Positions 27,795 through 42,136 of a DNA stretch of 64,000 nt are shown here, piece after piece. The number at the start of each line of letters is the position of its first letter. The first letter of the stretch is position 1. The position numbers and the translations under genes were made by a program. The stretch is from the human T2T-CHM13v2.0 reference genome, Homo sapiens. The stretch lies in NCBI RefSeq assembly GCF_009914755.1, contig NC_060925.1; one strand, given 5' to 3'. The notes under the pieces are model-generated. The model was not told the origin of the DNA. It ran no database searches and was given only the letters and a program-made list of their open reading frames with translations.

Positions 27795-29500
27795 CCTCTC
27801 AGCCCCAGAGGTCCTCATCACCGGTCCTCACTCCGTCTTCTCAGGCAGGCCTTAGATATTAGGGCTCCCATCTGACTTGGCATAATCTGCCTCTCATCAA
27901 TCAAATGTAGGCATGCATCCCTTGTCTTGCTGTAGTGGGAATGGAGGCACTTCTCAAATGCCATCCTCTATTTCATCTTCCATGTGTCAAAGACCACTCG
28001 AGCTTTTTGGGCCTATGTCAAGCATCGGAGCAGATATCTCTCAACTGCAGGACACAAAACCAGGCTCTCTGAGTCATTCTGCTGAAGGGCTTCCCCTACT
28101 CCACCCCAGCCCCAAACATACTATAAGTTGAACTGAGAGATGAAGCACCATCTCACCTCTCTCCACAATCCAAAAGTCCTCCTCACAAAATCCTCTCTTC
28201 AAAATACTCACCCAGATCCCTTTTTACATATTGGAAAGAAGCCCTACTTCCCTTAGTTCCCAGGCACTGTCTGAATCCTTCCCTTAGAACAGGAACTAGA
28301 GAGATGGGTAATGGGTATTCATCATTTGTCCAGTCTGGTCCTTTGGCTGCCTGAGCAAGGTGAGAGAATGGGGCTGGGCCTTGGGCAGCCTCTGTCTACA
28401 TCCTAGTCTTCAGGGTCTCACTTGCTTTAATTGTGTTGATCATGCTGCAACAGGACATTCCCTTGGGTCAGGTATACATCCAGCCTACGTGGAGTGCTGG
28501 CATCAGGATGCACAGGCCATTTTGATGTGAAGGTCCTCCTTCATTTATCCATTGCTGCCTAACAAACCACTCCGAAATGCAGTGTCTTAAAATCATCCTT
28601 TTATTGCTCCCAATTCTGTGGGTTAGGAATTAATGTAGGGCTCAGTGAGGGCAGCTTGTCTCTGCTCCATGTGTTATGGCTAGGGCAGTGTGACTCAGGT
28701 TGGAGGGTCCCAGCGGGGCACTGAGGCTGTTGTCTGTGTGGCCACTCTCTCTCTTCATGTGATCTCTCATCCTCCAGGGCCTCTCTCCCTATGTTGCCTC
28801 TCTCCAGTAGGAAAATCTGGGTTTCTTTACATTGAAGTTGGGTTCTGAAAGAACAGTAGTATAAGCCACGAGGTCTCAAAAGGTCTGGGCCTAGACCTGG
28901 CACAGTGTCACTTCCTCCAAATCCTATGGACAAAGTGAGTCAAAAGCCAGCCCAGGTTGAAGGGAATCTGCTTCTGGATGGAGGAGCAGCATATGCAGAG
29001 ATGGATGGGGGAACTGTTGACTGCCATCCAGAAGGACTGCCACTGTCCTTCTTTGATTGATGCTCATATTCCTTGCTAATTGCTTAGAATTTTTTTCCCA
29101 TCCTTTTCACAGGGATGAAGAAAGAATAAGAGTGGTTAGAGGTTCTTCTGGCCTAGGTCTCAGGATGCAAGTATCTGTCACGGAAGAAGCTTCAAGAAGG
29201 CAGTTCTGCATTTTTTCCCAGTCCAGCTATACCATGACAGTCCCCAGATTTGGGGGTTATCAGTGTAGTTTCTCAAGCTTTCCTATATTTGCTTTGCATC
29301 ACACAAAACTGCTTGGTCTGGGAAGGGGACCTCTCCATCAACTCCAAGCGTCTTCCTACCATTTGATCTGCATTGTTCTGGATCTGGGAAATGGCTGTTG
29401 ACAGCTGCAGAATGCGGCAGGGACCCATCCTTAGTTTCAGCATTCATGTTCTAGTCCTTGTTCTTTTTACTACCTTTTGATTATATTGTCCAATTCCACC
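27795..29500 (-). pseudogene. Possible ancient NLRP/NACHT-like pseudogene exon, heavily decayed and split by an MLT1 LTR
   Basis: Minus-strand translation gives, in NACHT order and across frameshifts and stops: HGIAGLGK (Walker A-like, 29236-29213), ILAS*DLGQKNL*PLLFFLHPCE, KKILSN, SHLAQAAK, KGIW...FCEEDF, VLHLSVQ, VERYLLRCL, CLHLIDE. Several 20-70 aa deletions must be assumed. Confidence 0.3.
28545..29043 (-). mobile_element. MLT1 (G/H-type) LTR
   Basis: TATCCATTGCTGCCTAACAAACCACTCC...TTTATTGCTCCCAATTCTGTGGGTTAGGAAT...GGCACAGTGTCACTTCC. Confidence 0.75.
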
Positions 29501-29509
29501 CTTCATGAC

Positions 29510-29887
29510 GCTATGGACTGAATTGTCTGCCCCACAAATTCATATGTTGAAGTCCTAACTCTCAATGTGACTTTATCTAGAGAAAGGCTTTTAAGGAAGT
29601 AACTAAGTTTCAGTGAGGCCATAAGGGTGGGGCCCTAATCTGAAAGGGCTATGGCCTTATAAAAAGAAGGAGAGCAAGAAGGAGATCTCTATCTTTTTCC
29701 ACCATGTGAGTACATAGCAAGAAGGCAACCGTCAGCAAGCCAGGAAGAGAGACCTCATCAGAACCCAACCATGCCAGCGCCTTGGTCTTGGGCTTCTGGC
29801 CTGCAGAACTGTGAGAAAATAAATTTCTGTTGTTTAAACCATGCAGTCTGTGGCATGCTGTTATGACAGCCTGAGCAGACTAATATA
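29510..29887 (+). mobile_element. MLT1A-type LTR
   Basis: GCTATGGACTGAAT...CATATGTTGAAGTCCTAA...GAACTGTGAGAAAATAAATTTCTGTTG...GCAGACTAATA. Confidence 0.85.
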
Positions 29888-31315
29888 CCCAAAGACTGCA
29901 TTGTATGCTTAATCTCCTCACAAGAACACCAAGATGCAGATACAAAAGTCCCCAGCTCACAGATGAAAGAAATGAGACCCAGTCTTAGTTAGACTGACTT
30001 GCCCCAGGTTGCACAGTGAGTAGCAGATAAGAACCCAGTTCATCCAGCTCCAAAGCCCATGTTCTGTGCCACATGCCAAGAGGCTTTTTGGCCATCTCCT
30101 TGTAATTTGCAGTTTGGAAAGAAGGCGGAGTCCCTGACTTCTCCCTGGCTGCTGGCTGTTTGCTCCTGGCTCTGCCCTCTACCTCATTCTACACTCTCCA
30201 CAGGCATAAGCGATCCCAGAGTGGTGACCTCAAGGGGAGGGGCAGGGTGCAGAGAGGAATTCTGCCTGGGCTGCACATTCCTTCCCAGCCTCTGGGGAGG
30301 GCAACAAAGAAACCCAATTAGCACAAAGTGTGTAGGTGGGTGGGGAGACAGCCGCTTTTGTCCTTCCTTCTGGTGTCACTGGGGGTACACACAGCTTCGT
30401 TTCTAGGCCTGGATCATTCCAGGAGGGCACTAGGACTCTAGCAGACTCCTGTCAATGACACAAAAGCACTGAAACCAAATATTTTAAAAATCCATTTATT
30501 TCTGTCTTGGCACATAAAAGTCTGGTTACTTGCTATTTTAGAGTAGGCAGCAGAGGCAAATAAGCTGGCTTGTGGACTCTGATAACAGAATTAAGCTGTA
30601 GTGGAAGCACCATTGTGTAGGACTTTTCAGTGTTTCAAGCACTTTCATACTAATCTAGCTTTATCTTCATGTCAGAAGTCAGGGGAGTGAGTGCTTGCAT
30701 ATCATATTCCCATTTCATAGGTGAGGAAATGAAGACACAGAGAATGTAAGAAACTGGTCCCAGGATACACCAAGAATCCCCCCAGGCCTTCTCATTCTGA
30801 ATGCTACACTCTTTTCATCCCCAAAGGCTCCGTCACCCTGGAGATGCATATTGTCTTTCCCCCAACTGCTTCAAATAGTCATTTCCACCATTTACTTTCC
30901 ACAGTTCCTTCTCTTGTTTGATCAAAATTTCAATCTAACATTTTGAAACTTAATACAATCTACCATTTTGCAATTTAATAATAACCTAGTCTAGTCAGAA
31001 AGGTAATGCCTCCTTTTCAGTTCAAAACAGGATCACACAGCTAACGTTGTAAGTGGTCCGGACCCCAGCCCTGGCATTTTTCCTTGTGACCCACACAACC
31101 TCGCTGTGCACTGACAACCTCAACAACCCAGTTACCACTTAAGAACCCTCAAACATCCAAGCTGTTTGAACAACTGGAAAAGGTATGTTTGTGTCTGATC
31201 TATACTGTTTTTCGTGACAAGGTAGTCCCTCCTAGGAACACAAGGAACATTAACTCACATGAACAGGAATCAGAGTTAACATTTATATCACCAGATACCA
31301 AGCCCTGTTCCAAGT

Positions 31316-31465
<150 letters not shown>

Positions 31466-31471
<6 letters not shown>

Positions 31472-32148
31472 ATGGAGTTTTGCTCTTGTTGCACAGGCTG
31501 GAGGGCAATGGCACTTCTCAGCTCACTGCAAACTCCACCTCCCAGGTTCAAGTGATTCTCCTGCCTTGGCCTCCCGAGTAGATGGGATTACAGGTGTTAC
31601 CCATGTCTGTATAAGAGACCACCTGACCAGGCTTAGTGTGAGCAACAAGGCTGTTTATTCACCTGGGTGCAGGCGGGCTGAGTCTGAGAAAGGAGTCAGC
31701 GAAGAGTGGTGGGATTATCATTGGTTCTTATAGGTTTGGGATAGGCGTTGGAGTTACGAGCAATTTTTGCAGGTAGGGGGATGGAAGTTACAAAGTACAT
31801 TCTCAAGGCGGGAGGATGTTACAAAGTACATTCACGAGGGCGGGGAGGGCATATTGTCACAAGGGCAGGGAAGAATGTTACAAAGTACATTCACAAGGAC
31901 CAGGAATATCACAAAATACATTATCACAAGGGCGGGGGAATGTCACCATGGCTTGACCATGGTAGGGCCAGCTTAGAGGACCTTACAACAGGTGCTCGCC
32001 ACCACGCCCAGCTAATATTTTCTATTTTCAGTAGAGATGGGGTTTCTACTGTTGGCCAGGCTGGTCTCGAACCCCTGATCTCAGGTGATCCACCTGACTT
32101 GGCCTCCCAAAGTGTTAGGATTACAGGCGTGAGCCACTGCACCTGGCC
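31466..32148 (-). mobile_element. AluSp/Sq split into two parts (31466-31594 and 31993-32148) by an LTR
   Basis: TTGCTCTTGTTGC...CAATGGC; the Alu resumes in register after the LTR. Confidence 0.92.
31595..31987 (-). mobile_element. ERV1 solo LTR, HERV-H supergroup (MER48/LTR7-like)
   Basis: 393 bp with TG...CA ends; 5-bp TSD ACAGG at 31590-31594 and 31988-31992; GTGTGAGCAACAAGGCTGTTTATT..CACCTGGGTGCAGGCGGGCTGAGTC, typical of HERV-H-group R/U5; AATAAA on the minus strand; internal repeats of TTACAAAGTACATTC. Confidence 0.88.
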
Positions 32149-32192
32149 AAAGTGAGATATATATATATATTCATTTAATTCTCACTATATAT

Positions 32193-32481
32193 ATTTTTTG
32201 AAACAGGGTCTCACTCTGTCACCCAGGTTGGAGTGCGGTAGTGTGATCACAGCTCACTGTAGCCTTGACCACCCCAGACTCAGGTGATCCTTCCACCTCA
32301 ACCTCCCAAGTACCTGGGACTACAGGCGTGTGCCACCATGCCTGGCTAAGTTTTGTATTTTTTTGTAGAGACGGGGTCTCTCCATGTTGCCCAAGCTGGT
32401 CTCGAACTGCTGGGCTCAAGTGATCTGCCCACTTCGGCCTCCCAAAGTGCTAGAATTATAGGGGTGAGCCACTGCGTCTGG
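32193..32481 (-). mobile_element. AluJ
   Basis: Antisense dimer with GCTCACTGTAGCCTTGACC and CTGGGCTCAAGTGAT. Confidence 0.9.
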
Positions 32482-32708
32482 GGAGTCTCACTATTTTTGA
32501 CCTGACCTCCTGGGACCCCTTGGCCCCATGAGCAACTCCACATCCCTGTAGCCCCAAGAGAGTAATGAGTAATGAGCCATGATGTGAAGATGTTGCCCAA
32601 AACTGTGCAGTGCATGACCTGTGCAACTGGACATGGCTGCCCTGCTGGAATTGTCACTGTTACTCCCTTGCTCTGACATAGGACTATTTGCAGTCTCCTC
32701 TCTCATAA

Positions 32709-33326
<618 letters not shown>

Positions 33327-36300
33327 TTCATTCATTCTATAATGAACCTGTATTGCTTTAATAAAATCAGGGAGAAATGTTACTGACTTCAAAACCTGCT
33401 TGGGCAATGTGGACTGGACTAATAGTGACTGAGCCCTGCCATGCACTTGGTACCCAGCTGGCCACCTTAACTCACTCATTCTTCAAAGGAGGACTTATTA
33501 CTGCTGTTTTACAGATGAAGAAACTGAAGCTCAAAGAGGCATGGCCTCTTCCCCAGGTCCCATGGAGCCCACATTCATCTGCTTAACTCTAAAGTCCCAG
33601 CTCTCTTCTCTACCTGGAGCTCTTTGCTGCCTCTATGGTAGCTGAACAGGAGAAACACCCAGGAAGATGGTCACCACGCTGCCCCAGAGCCCAGGGGACC
33701 AGGGGGCTGCTGACGGCCATAATCAGGGTATTCTTCCTGAAACAGGTAAGCGACATGAACCTGGCCCAATGGAGAGGCACTTTCTTGTTCCACCACAAAT
33801 CTCCATTAAAATCGCCTTTTCCATAGTCACCAACAGTACCTTATTGATATCCTTCTGGCATCACCTAAAACCTAAAAACAGCCTGACAGTTTTTGTGAAT
33901 CAGTTTCCATTCCTCATCCTCTTGGCTGGCTTGGTGACACCTCTTCCCTGCTGCTGTTTGCCAACTTTACCAATTTACCATCACCTGCAAGTGAATGACC
34001 CTCTTATGCCTAGTTCTAGATTAGTTGGATTTTACATTGTTTCAAGGTATCATAGAGGTTCCAGGGAAGATGCCTGAGGCACTGCTGGGGAGGGGGTGGG
34101 CTGGGGACAGTGAGGAATGGGTTGAGTCAATCCCACTTTCCCCTCCCCCATCCTAACCAAAGCAGCTGTTTCCATCTTTGGGTGAATACTGCCCTTTATT
34201 TGAGAAGGGATCCAAGTCTATAGGCTGATAGGGGGGCCACAGATGTAGATCATTAATAAATATATTAAATGCTCCAGTAATTAAATTATTCCAGTAGAAC
34301 CACATCATAGTGAAGAACATGAAGAAGATTTTTTTTCAAGGCTGCACTTACAAATCATTGATCCAAATTCACTGGGCAATTTCATCAGGACCTCCCTTTT
34401 CCACAGGCTTCTTGGGAAAAGGATATGGGCAGGGCTTGGGGGGCATGGGGTAAAGTAGGGAGAGAGAGTCAATAGAGGAGGACCCCAGAGGGACAGGAGG
34501 CAGGGAAGGGAGGGAAGAGGGAGAGGAGAGGCAGAGAAGTCAGAGTCCTTGTCACTCCTAGGACAGCTCTCTGGCTTCTTCACACACTGACATCAAAGAA
34601 CACCTTTGAAAAGTGACCATTATTTTATTTATAATTTCCCAACCAGTGAAGAACAAGCTTCTGCCAGCAGGAGTTCCTGGGATGATGCCGGGCTTCCCCT
34701 GCAACCCCAGTATGGAAGCAGTCACTCTGGACCCTAGTAAAGGAGCTGGTGTAGTTAAGAGTTTAGAGGGTCCTTGCAAGGTCACAGCCCTGGGTGGCCA
34801 CCCAGTGTCCCTGCTGGACAGCAGGACTCCCCGCTGCCCCTCACAGCTGCATCATCATGTCTGCAATTCGCAGATGTTCACAATGATCTTTGGAAGAAAC
34901 TGCCTTCCTCAGAGCCAAGTTCTAACCACACCAGGGATTTACTCTCCTTATTTAGAACTCCTAACTCACTTTTTTGGGAACCGTCCAAATGGCATTAGCT
35001 ACTTCAGTTGATAAACTTTGCCTTTTGACTGTTTCCAAAATATGACCCCCTCCTTTAAAAGATGAATGGCCTTCCCTGGGGATTTCTTAGACAAGAGGTT
35101 CTGAAGGCATTTCTAAGAGATACTTTAAGCCAGTGGTTCTCCACTTTGGCTGACTGAATCACTGGGACCAGAAATTTATGTATTTGGTGCTGCACTCAGA
35201 TGGTATTAGGTACTTCCCTGCACATTAGGAAAATCTGTAAGAGCTTCATTGTATAGATGAAGAAATGGAGGCTGATAGTGAACAGGTGCCTTGCCCGAGA
35301 CCTTAGGGTGAGAAGTGCCAACTCAGGCTCCTCAAATATCATTTGTCCAGCCCCCTGCACCCTGGCCAGTCTCCTAATTCTCCATCCAGAATCCCTTTCA
35401 TTGTGCCAGGGCTTGCACGTAGTGCAGCTCTTTAAAGTCTAGTTCATGGCATGTTTTATCTGGCATACACAATATTTTATAAAAGCCCAAGTGAGTCAGC
35501 TAAAAATCAGAATTTACAGTAAAAATCTGTAATTCTGGCCAACATTGCCCAACCCTCCTGCAAGGCAGAGTTCACCTGAGCTGGCTCAGGGGTGGCCTCC
35601 CTTGATGGTCCAGGCTCTCCAGGAGCCACCCCTCTCCCACCCCACCCCTATGACCCACTGGCTTGGCCTGCCTGGCCAGGCCAGGCACTCACATCAGTGA
35701 CCTGGCACTATATCATGAATGGAGTGGAAGCGTCACAGGGGTATTATTCCATGGAAACAATACCCACTTCGATATGGCATGCTTACTAAAAAAGTCTTTG
35801 CTTTTATCTAAAGACACTGCAATCAGACCTGACACACATTTATAGAAGTCCAGATGATGATGACACACCAAAAATATCACATTGATGTAGTGTTTTATCA
35901 CTTTCCAATTACTTTCATGTATATCAATTTATTTGAGTTAGAAAATCCAGAGAATTCATCCTGACCTTCCCTCTCTGTCTCCACCCTACCTCTGTTGCTT
36001 ATCCCAGGCCCTGAAAATGGCCCAGATATAAATCCAGACCAGCGGCCATTAGACAGACAAACAGAAACCTCTGTGCATGGAAGTCATTGTTCTATTGCTT
36101 CTCAGAAATGCAGAATTAAGGGGCGGGGGGAATGTAACCCCAACATATAATAAATACAATTATAAATAAATAAATTAAATAATAATAAATATAACAAAAC
36201 AGCAGATGTAAATGACAGAAGCAAGCACATACAAACCTAGCACATACAAACTGATAAAAACTATGAAATATATTCATATACATTGAACAAAGGTCAAAAG

Positions 36301-36989
36301 TAAATTTGAAGAGTCCATATAATTTTAGACTTGTTAGCCTTTTTTAAAAAAAAATGTTGCCTTCATGTTCCCAGTTAAAAAAAAAAAGCTCAAGAATTCT
36401 TAACTTTCTCTTATAATTTCCTCACCTGTAAAGCGGAAAGATCTGTATGTAATTTTCAGAACAGTATAAGCATTCAATAAGTATTAGTTACTTTTATTAT
36501 CATTTGCATGTACAAGGCAATCTTTCCAATTTCCCTCCTTCATTTTCCCAGAAAAAGCTAATCAAATGGGTTTATCAGCTTCCATGATCTCTGTGCATTG
36601 AATGAAGGTGAACATATTCAGGTGTGATGCACTTCATGTCAAGGTCTCATTGACCCCGTAGATTTGAATGCTGAAGTGACCATCATATCCATCACAGAAG
36701 AAGTATTTTTGTACAATTCATCAGCTGGAAGAGCTACATGGAAATACATGTCTAACTATCTCTCTGTCTACTTGTGTCTCCACAAAGTCCTGCAAGCTCC
36801 AAGATGGGAAATTTGCCTAATTCATTTCTGCCCCTTCAGTGCCCATCCCATAAGTTGGAAGTCAGTAAATGTCAACAAGTATGTGACCAATAAATGAATA
36901 TTCAAACAAGGCAAAAATAAGACAGGAGAAAGGTGTTTTTATGTCCTTCAGTGGGAGAAACCTGCAAGCAATACATCTTTGGTGCCCTG

Positions 36990-37403
36990 ATGACAGGCTA
37001 TGGTGGATGCTGCGGTACTGCCCAGGTCCCCTCCAGCATGGAGCCACTCATTCTTCTGGCTGCTGGGAATGTTGTCTGCTGACAGCTCACACTTGAGTCT
37101 CTCCCAGGAATTCTGAAGGGAGCTGTGTTACCAAGGCCATACACCTTTCCCAAAAGCAGTCTTTATCCACTGACTGATCACTCGCACAGGGACAAAGACC
37201 TGGCTCCTTTGCCGCAATGTGGGACAACTCTAAAGAGCCATTTCAGCTCCAGAACTCTGTAGCATGGACTCAGGCCCTTGTTGGAATTGCATCACAGTTC
37301 AACTTTTCCCTCTCCCCCACCCTGTGTCCCTCCCTCCCCAGTGAACTTCCTACACATAGATCCATCATCTCTGAGTCTGTTTCTGAGGAAGCCAACCTGT
37401 GAC
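36990..37403 (+). mobile_element. LTR16-like ERVL LTR
   Basis: GCTGACAGCTCAC...TGTGGGACAACTCT...TTCAGCTCCAGAACTC...CATCTCTGAGTCTGTTTCTGAGGAAGCCAACCTGTGACA. Confidence 0.7.
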
Positions 37404-38830
37404 AGTGGGTACCAGGAGTAAGAGCTGGGAGGTGGGAGTATGTTGGCTCTTGCTGGAAGCTTCTTATCCCTACGCGTTCGTGACTCACTTTATTCATGGC
37501 TTGTCTCAAATGTACTATCTCAGAGATGACTTCTCTGGCAGTGTTGTCCAACTATTCCCAAATCATTACTAGCATATTTCCCCATTTTGTCTCCTCCTAT
37601 GCAGTCATCCACATCTGAAGTCATCTTGTTCTTTTTTTCTTATTGTTTTTTCTCACTCTCACATGAGGATGTGAACTGCAGAGGACAAATACCTTGCTAT
37701 ACTGCTCACTACTATCTCCAGCTTCTAAACAGCACCCAGCACCATGTAAGCTCCTAAGAAATATTTATTGAATGAATGAATGAGAATCTGCACACACATT
37801 CATAGTGGGAAGAACTGGGCTGAGAGTGGGAAACCCTCATTTCCAGCTCTGTTTCTGCCATTAACCATCTGGGTGACCTCAGGCAAGCCACCTGACTTCT
37901 CTGAGCCTCAGTTTTCTCATCTGCGGAATGAGATGGTAGAATGTGATGATCACTAGAAATTGTGACAGCTCCAGCATCCTATAATTTTACATGGTTATTC
38001 AGCTTGGAATTGTTCTGTCTATAAACTACATTCTATGGGAATCATACAGTTTTTTATGCTGAAACGGAGCTTCCCAGAGCATTTCACAATATCCAATGAG
38101 TATCGGCTTTCAGATGCCAATTTCATTATTATACCAATGCTAGAAAAACTTTCATGTGAGACGCTGCAGTTAAGGATATGTTCAACATGGGGTTCATCAA
38201 AGCTTTAGAGCACTGTGAAATAACCATTCTCCTATTTGCATAAATATCATGAGAACTAAGTCTCTTTCTCAAGTCCCACGAGGTAATGAAAAAGTGAACA
38301 CTGGTTGAGGCTGCCTGTGCACCAGGCATGAGTCTGTGCTCATGGGAGGCAGTGAACACCTCACCTGGCCTGGAGCAAGCATTCAAGGAATGCTGGCTCT
38401 TAACATCTGTCTCATTTAATCCAAACAACAGTCAGTTTGAGGTGGGACTCTTAACCCCACCTTGGAGTTAAGGACACAGAAGCACTGAGATTTACCTAAT
38501 CTACCCAACGTCATCGAACTAATAAGTAAGTGATGGAGCCAGGGTTGGAATCTGGACAGTCAGGGTCTAGAGCGTTGCCATTTATCCACTACACTAGAGC
38601 TGTCTCAATTTTCTTAAAATTCAGATTCTGAATCAGAATGTTTGGGGTCAGCCTCGAGATCTGCATTTCTAACTATTTCTAGGTGATGTTGATGCTTCTA
38701 GCCTATGGCTCAGGCTTTCAGTTGTAAAAGTACAGAAGAAGGAACTCCTGCTAAAAGTCAGAAACTAGCCTCTGGTCCAGCCCTGGCAAATGCTGGCAAT
38801 GAGACCATGGCTAAGTGACCTCTCCTCACA

Positions 38831-39159
<329 letters not shown>

Positions 39160-41189
39160 TCAAAAGCAAGGGGACAGAAATTTGCTTATCCACTCGTCTT
39201 TTTCCCTCTAGGATGTGAGTCTTTGAGCCAGCACAAAGCAGTGGTGCCTGGCACATAGTAGATATTTAGTAAGTGTTCAAAGTGCCAAGTACTTTAAATG
39301 TTATGTAATTTAATCTTCACAACAATCTCTGATTCACATTTTACAGATAAGGAAACTGAGACTGCCTAATACACCCTCAAACTACTAAAGCAGTAAATGA
39401 TGAAGCCCAGATTTTAAATGAGATCTGTCTGGTTCCAAAACCAATGCTGATTTTACCCTCCACTCCCATTATTCCTCCCACATAGGGGTCTGGCTGAGGT
39501 CTAGGAATGGATCCAGATTTTGCTTCTGCACCTGTCACATGGGCACTGGGAGTCCAACTCCTTCTTAGAACAAATGAGGGCTCTGGTCTAGGGACAGATC
39601 CTACAAATGCAAGTAGAAGCTCTTCATTTTAGGGGTGGGAGAAGGCACGGAAATAATTCAGCTAAAATAAACCCTTCAAGTATTCTGCAATGAGAAGCAA
39701 AGTCAAGGTCTTCCTATTATCAGGGCCCCCAAAGCCAATCCAGAATGTACAGGTTCAACAAGTTCAAAGGAGCAAATGCCTGGAACAGTGGCTCTAAAAG
39801 TGGGGTCCACCAGGGTCTCTGGATGGCCCTGCTGACCAAAGTATTTTGTTCTTGACATTAATTTATAGCTCCAGCATTGGTAGGAAACTTAGGGGTCATG
39901 GAGTGCAGCTTCCCACACAATGCAAAGCCACATGAGGGGGCTGGTTTTTGAGGTCTTGAGTCCACTGACCAACTCAATTTGAGGCTCAATGGCTTAGAGA
40001 AGGAAAAAAACTAAAGTAAGAGGTTGATACTGTTCCTATCCTAGAGGCAAGGAAACAATGCTCAGAAAGGCTAAGGAATTTAGTCCAAAGCACAAAGGCA
40101 CGAATGGTAGAGATAAGGCCTGAACCTAGGGACAACTGACTCCAAAGTCTATGCCCTCTCCTCTGCCCCTCCAGGATTGTAATTACCATTATAAAAGCAG
40201 CAGAATCTGAGGGCTCAAGGAGGAGCTGGACATGGCTCCAGAGCCTCTCCTGAACTCTGCTGGCATCAAACATCATGATGGACACAAGAAGCACGCCTGA
40301 GCCCACAGTGATAAGGTCCACACACAGTGGCTCCTCCTTTCCCCAAGTCATTCTGTGGGTGGTACCCAGCTCATCTGGATAATAACTAACCACAAGCTGA
40401 CCATGGTGGAAAATCCAAGATCTGATAAACACACAAAGGAAAATCCTTCAAAGAAGCTACCGAGCCTGCTCAGCGTGGGAGCCTCCAGCTTGTGAAATGG
40501 CGAGGGGGTAGTATTGTGACCCAGACTTGACCACCTGGTGTGACCCTAGCAAGGACCTCCCTCCTGCTCCCTGAGGGCTGCTTTCCTACCTGTAAGAGGT
40601 GTGACCAGGAATCCCCAGCATGGTCACAGAATAAGAAAGGTCAAGAGGCTGGAAAGGGCCTCCTGAGACCAGTGAGCCCGGCTCCCTCTGGGCCTGGGGC
40701 TGGGTCTAGCATAACACACCCTCATTTAATCCTCCTCACAAATGGGTCAGAGAAGTATGAAGTCTTTGGGGACAGGAGGGGTGATGGCCATCTGGGTGTC
40801 TCATCAGCTCCATTTCTCTGCAGAGACCACGGACATCTTCATTGACACCCCCATTCCCCCACTGTGAGTAAACCACTCTCTCAGGGGAAGGGGGAATATG
40901 TCCATGCCCTCCCCAAGAGGACCTTGGCACTGGTGCTGTTCTGTGGGCTCTGTCTGGCTGCCCCTTACCTTATGAAATACAGGGGTCACAGTTCAGTTTT
41001 CTTAACATCTAGTACATTCTCCAGCACACCAAGTGTTCAGTAAGTGTTGGCTATGACTGGATAATCATCCTATAAAGGGTCTGACTCAGGCAGAACACTA
41101 TAGCTGTAACAGCTCCCCAATTCTTATTGAATAAGACAGCGATGTGGTGGTTCCTCCACAAAGCAGTGATTAGAATTCCAATTGTGAGG

Positions 41190-41650
41190 TTCATCATTTC
41201 ATCCAGTATTTATTGAGCACCTACTCAGTGCCAGGCACTATTTGGGGATTCAGTGATGGACAAAACAGATATAAATCCCTGACTTCATAGAGCTTATTTT
41301 CTAGTGGAAGAGACAGACAAACAAAGACACAATACAGTATCAGTTAGTAATAAATGCTCTGAAAAAATAATAAAGAAAGATGAGAGAATGAAGTGTTGGG
41401 AACACTATTTGAGATGCATGGCATGAAAAGGCCTTCCAAGCAGAGAGAACAGCAAGTGCAATGGCCCTGAGGTGGGAATGTGCTTGGGGACAGGAGAGCA
41501 GTGACCAGGAATGATGAGCTGAGAATGAAGCTGGAGCAGCAGGCAGGGGTTTGGGCCACAGTGGTCATGGCAAGGACTCTAGATTTTATTACAAATTCCA
41601 CGAAGCCATTGCAGGGTTCTGAGCACAGTGGTGAGGCCATCTGGTTTACA
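41190..41650 (-). mobile_element. L2 3' fragment
   Basis: CATCCAGTATTTATTGAGCACCTACT..GTGCCAGGCACT...GGAGCTTA-like...GAAGCCATTGCAGGGTTCTGAGCA. Confidence 0.7.
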
Positions 41651-41756
41651 TGATCTGGGGACCAGAAGGACTAATTCTTAGCATGTAAGCTCCAAGGAAA
41701 TGTAAGTACATTAAAGAAACCCTAAGTACATGGAGAGTAACTTGTTTGAAAATACT

Positions 41757-42136
41757 ATTGTCTTAGCCTACTAGGACTGTCATCACAAAATACCACAGAC
41801 TAGGTGGCTTAAACAACAGAAATTTATTTTTTTCACAGCTCTGGAGGCTACAAGTCCAAGATCAAAGTCCCAGCCAATTAGGTTTCTGGTGAGGGCTCTC
41901 TTCCTGGCTTGCAGACAGCCACCTCCTCACTGCGTCCCAGCATGGCCTTTCCTCCGTAAGGGCATGCAAAGGAGAAAGTGAGCTCTCTGGTGTCTCTTCA
42001 CATAAGGACATCAATCCTATTAGTGACTCTTATAACCTTATTTAACTCAATATCCAAAAGGTGCTATTTCCAAGTACACTCACACTGGGAGTTAGGGCTT
42101 CAACATATTTTAAAGTAACACGATTCAGTCCATAGC
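41757..42136 (-). mobile_element. MLT1A/B LTR
   Basis: ACAAAATACCACAGACTAGGTGGCTTAAACAACAGAAATTTATT ... ATTCAGTCCATAGC. Confidence 0.85.
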
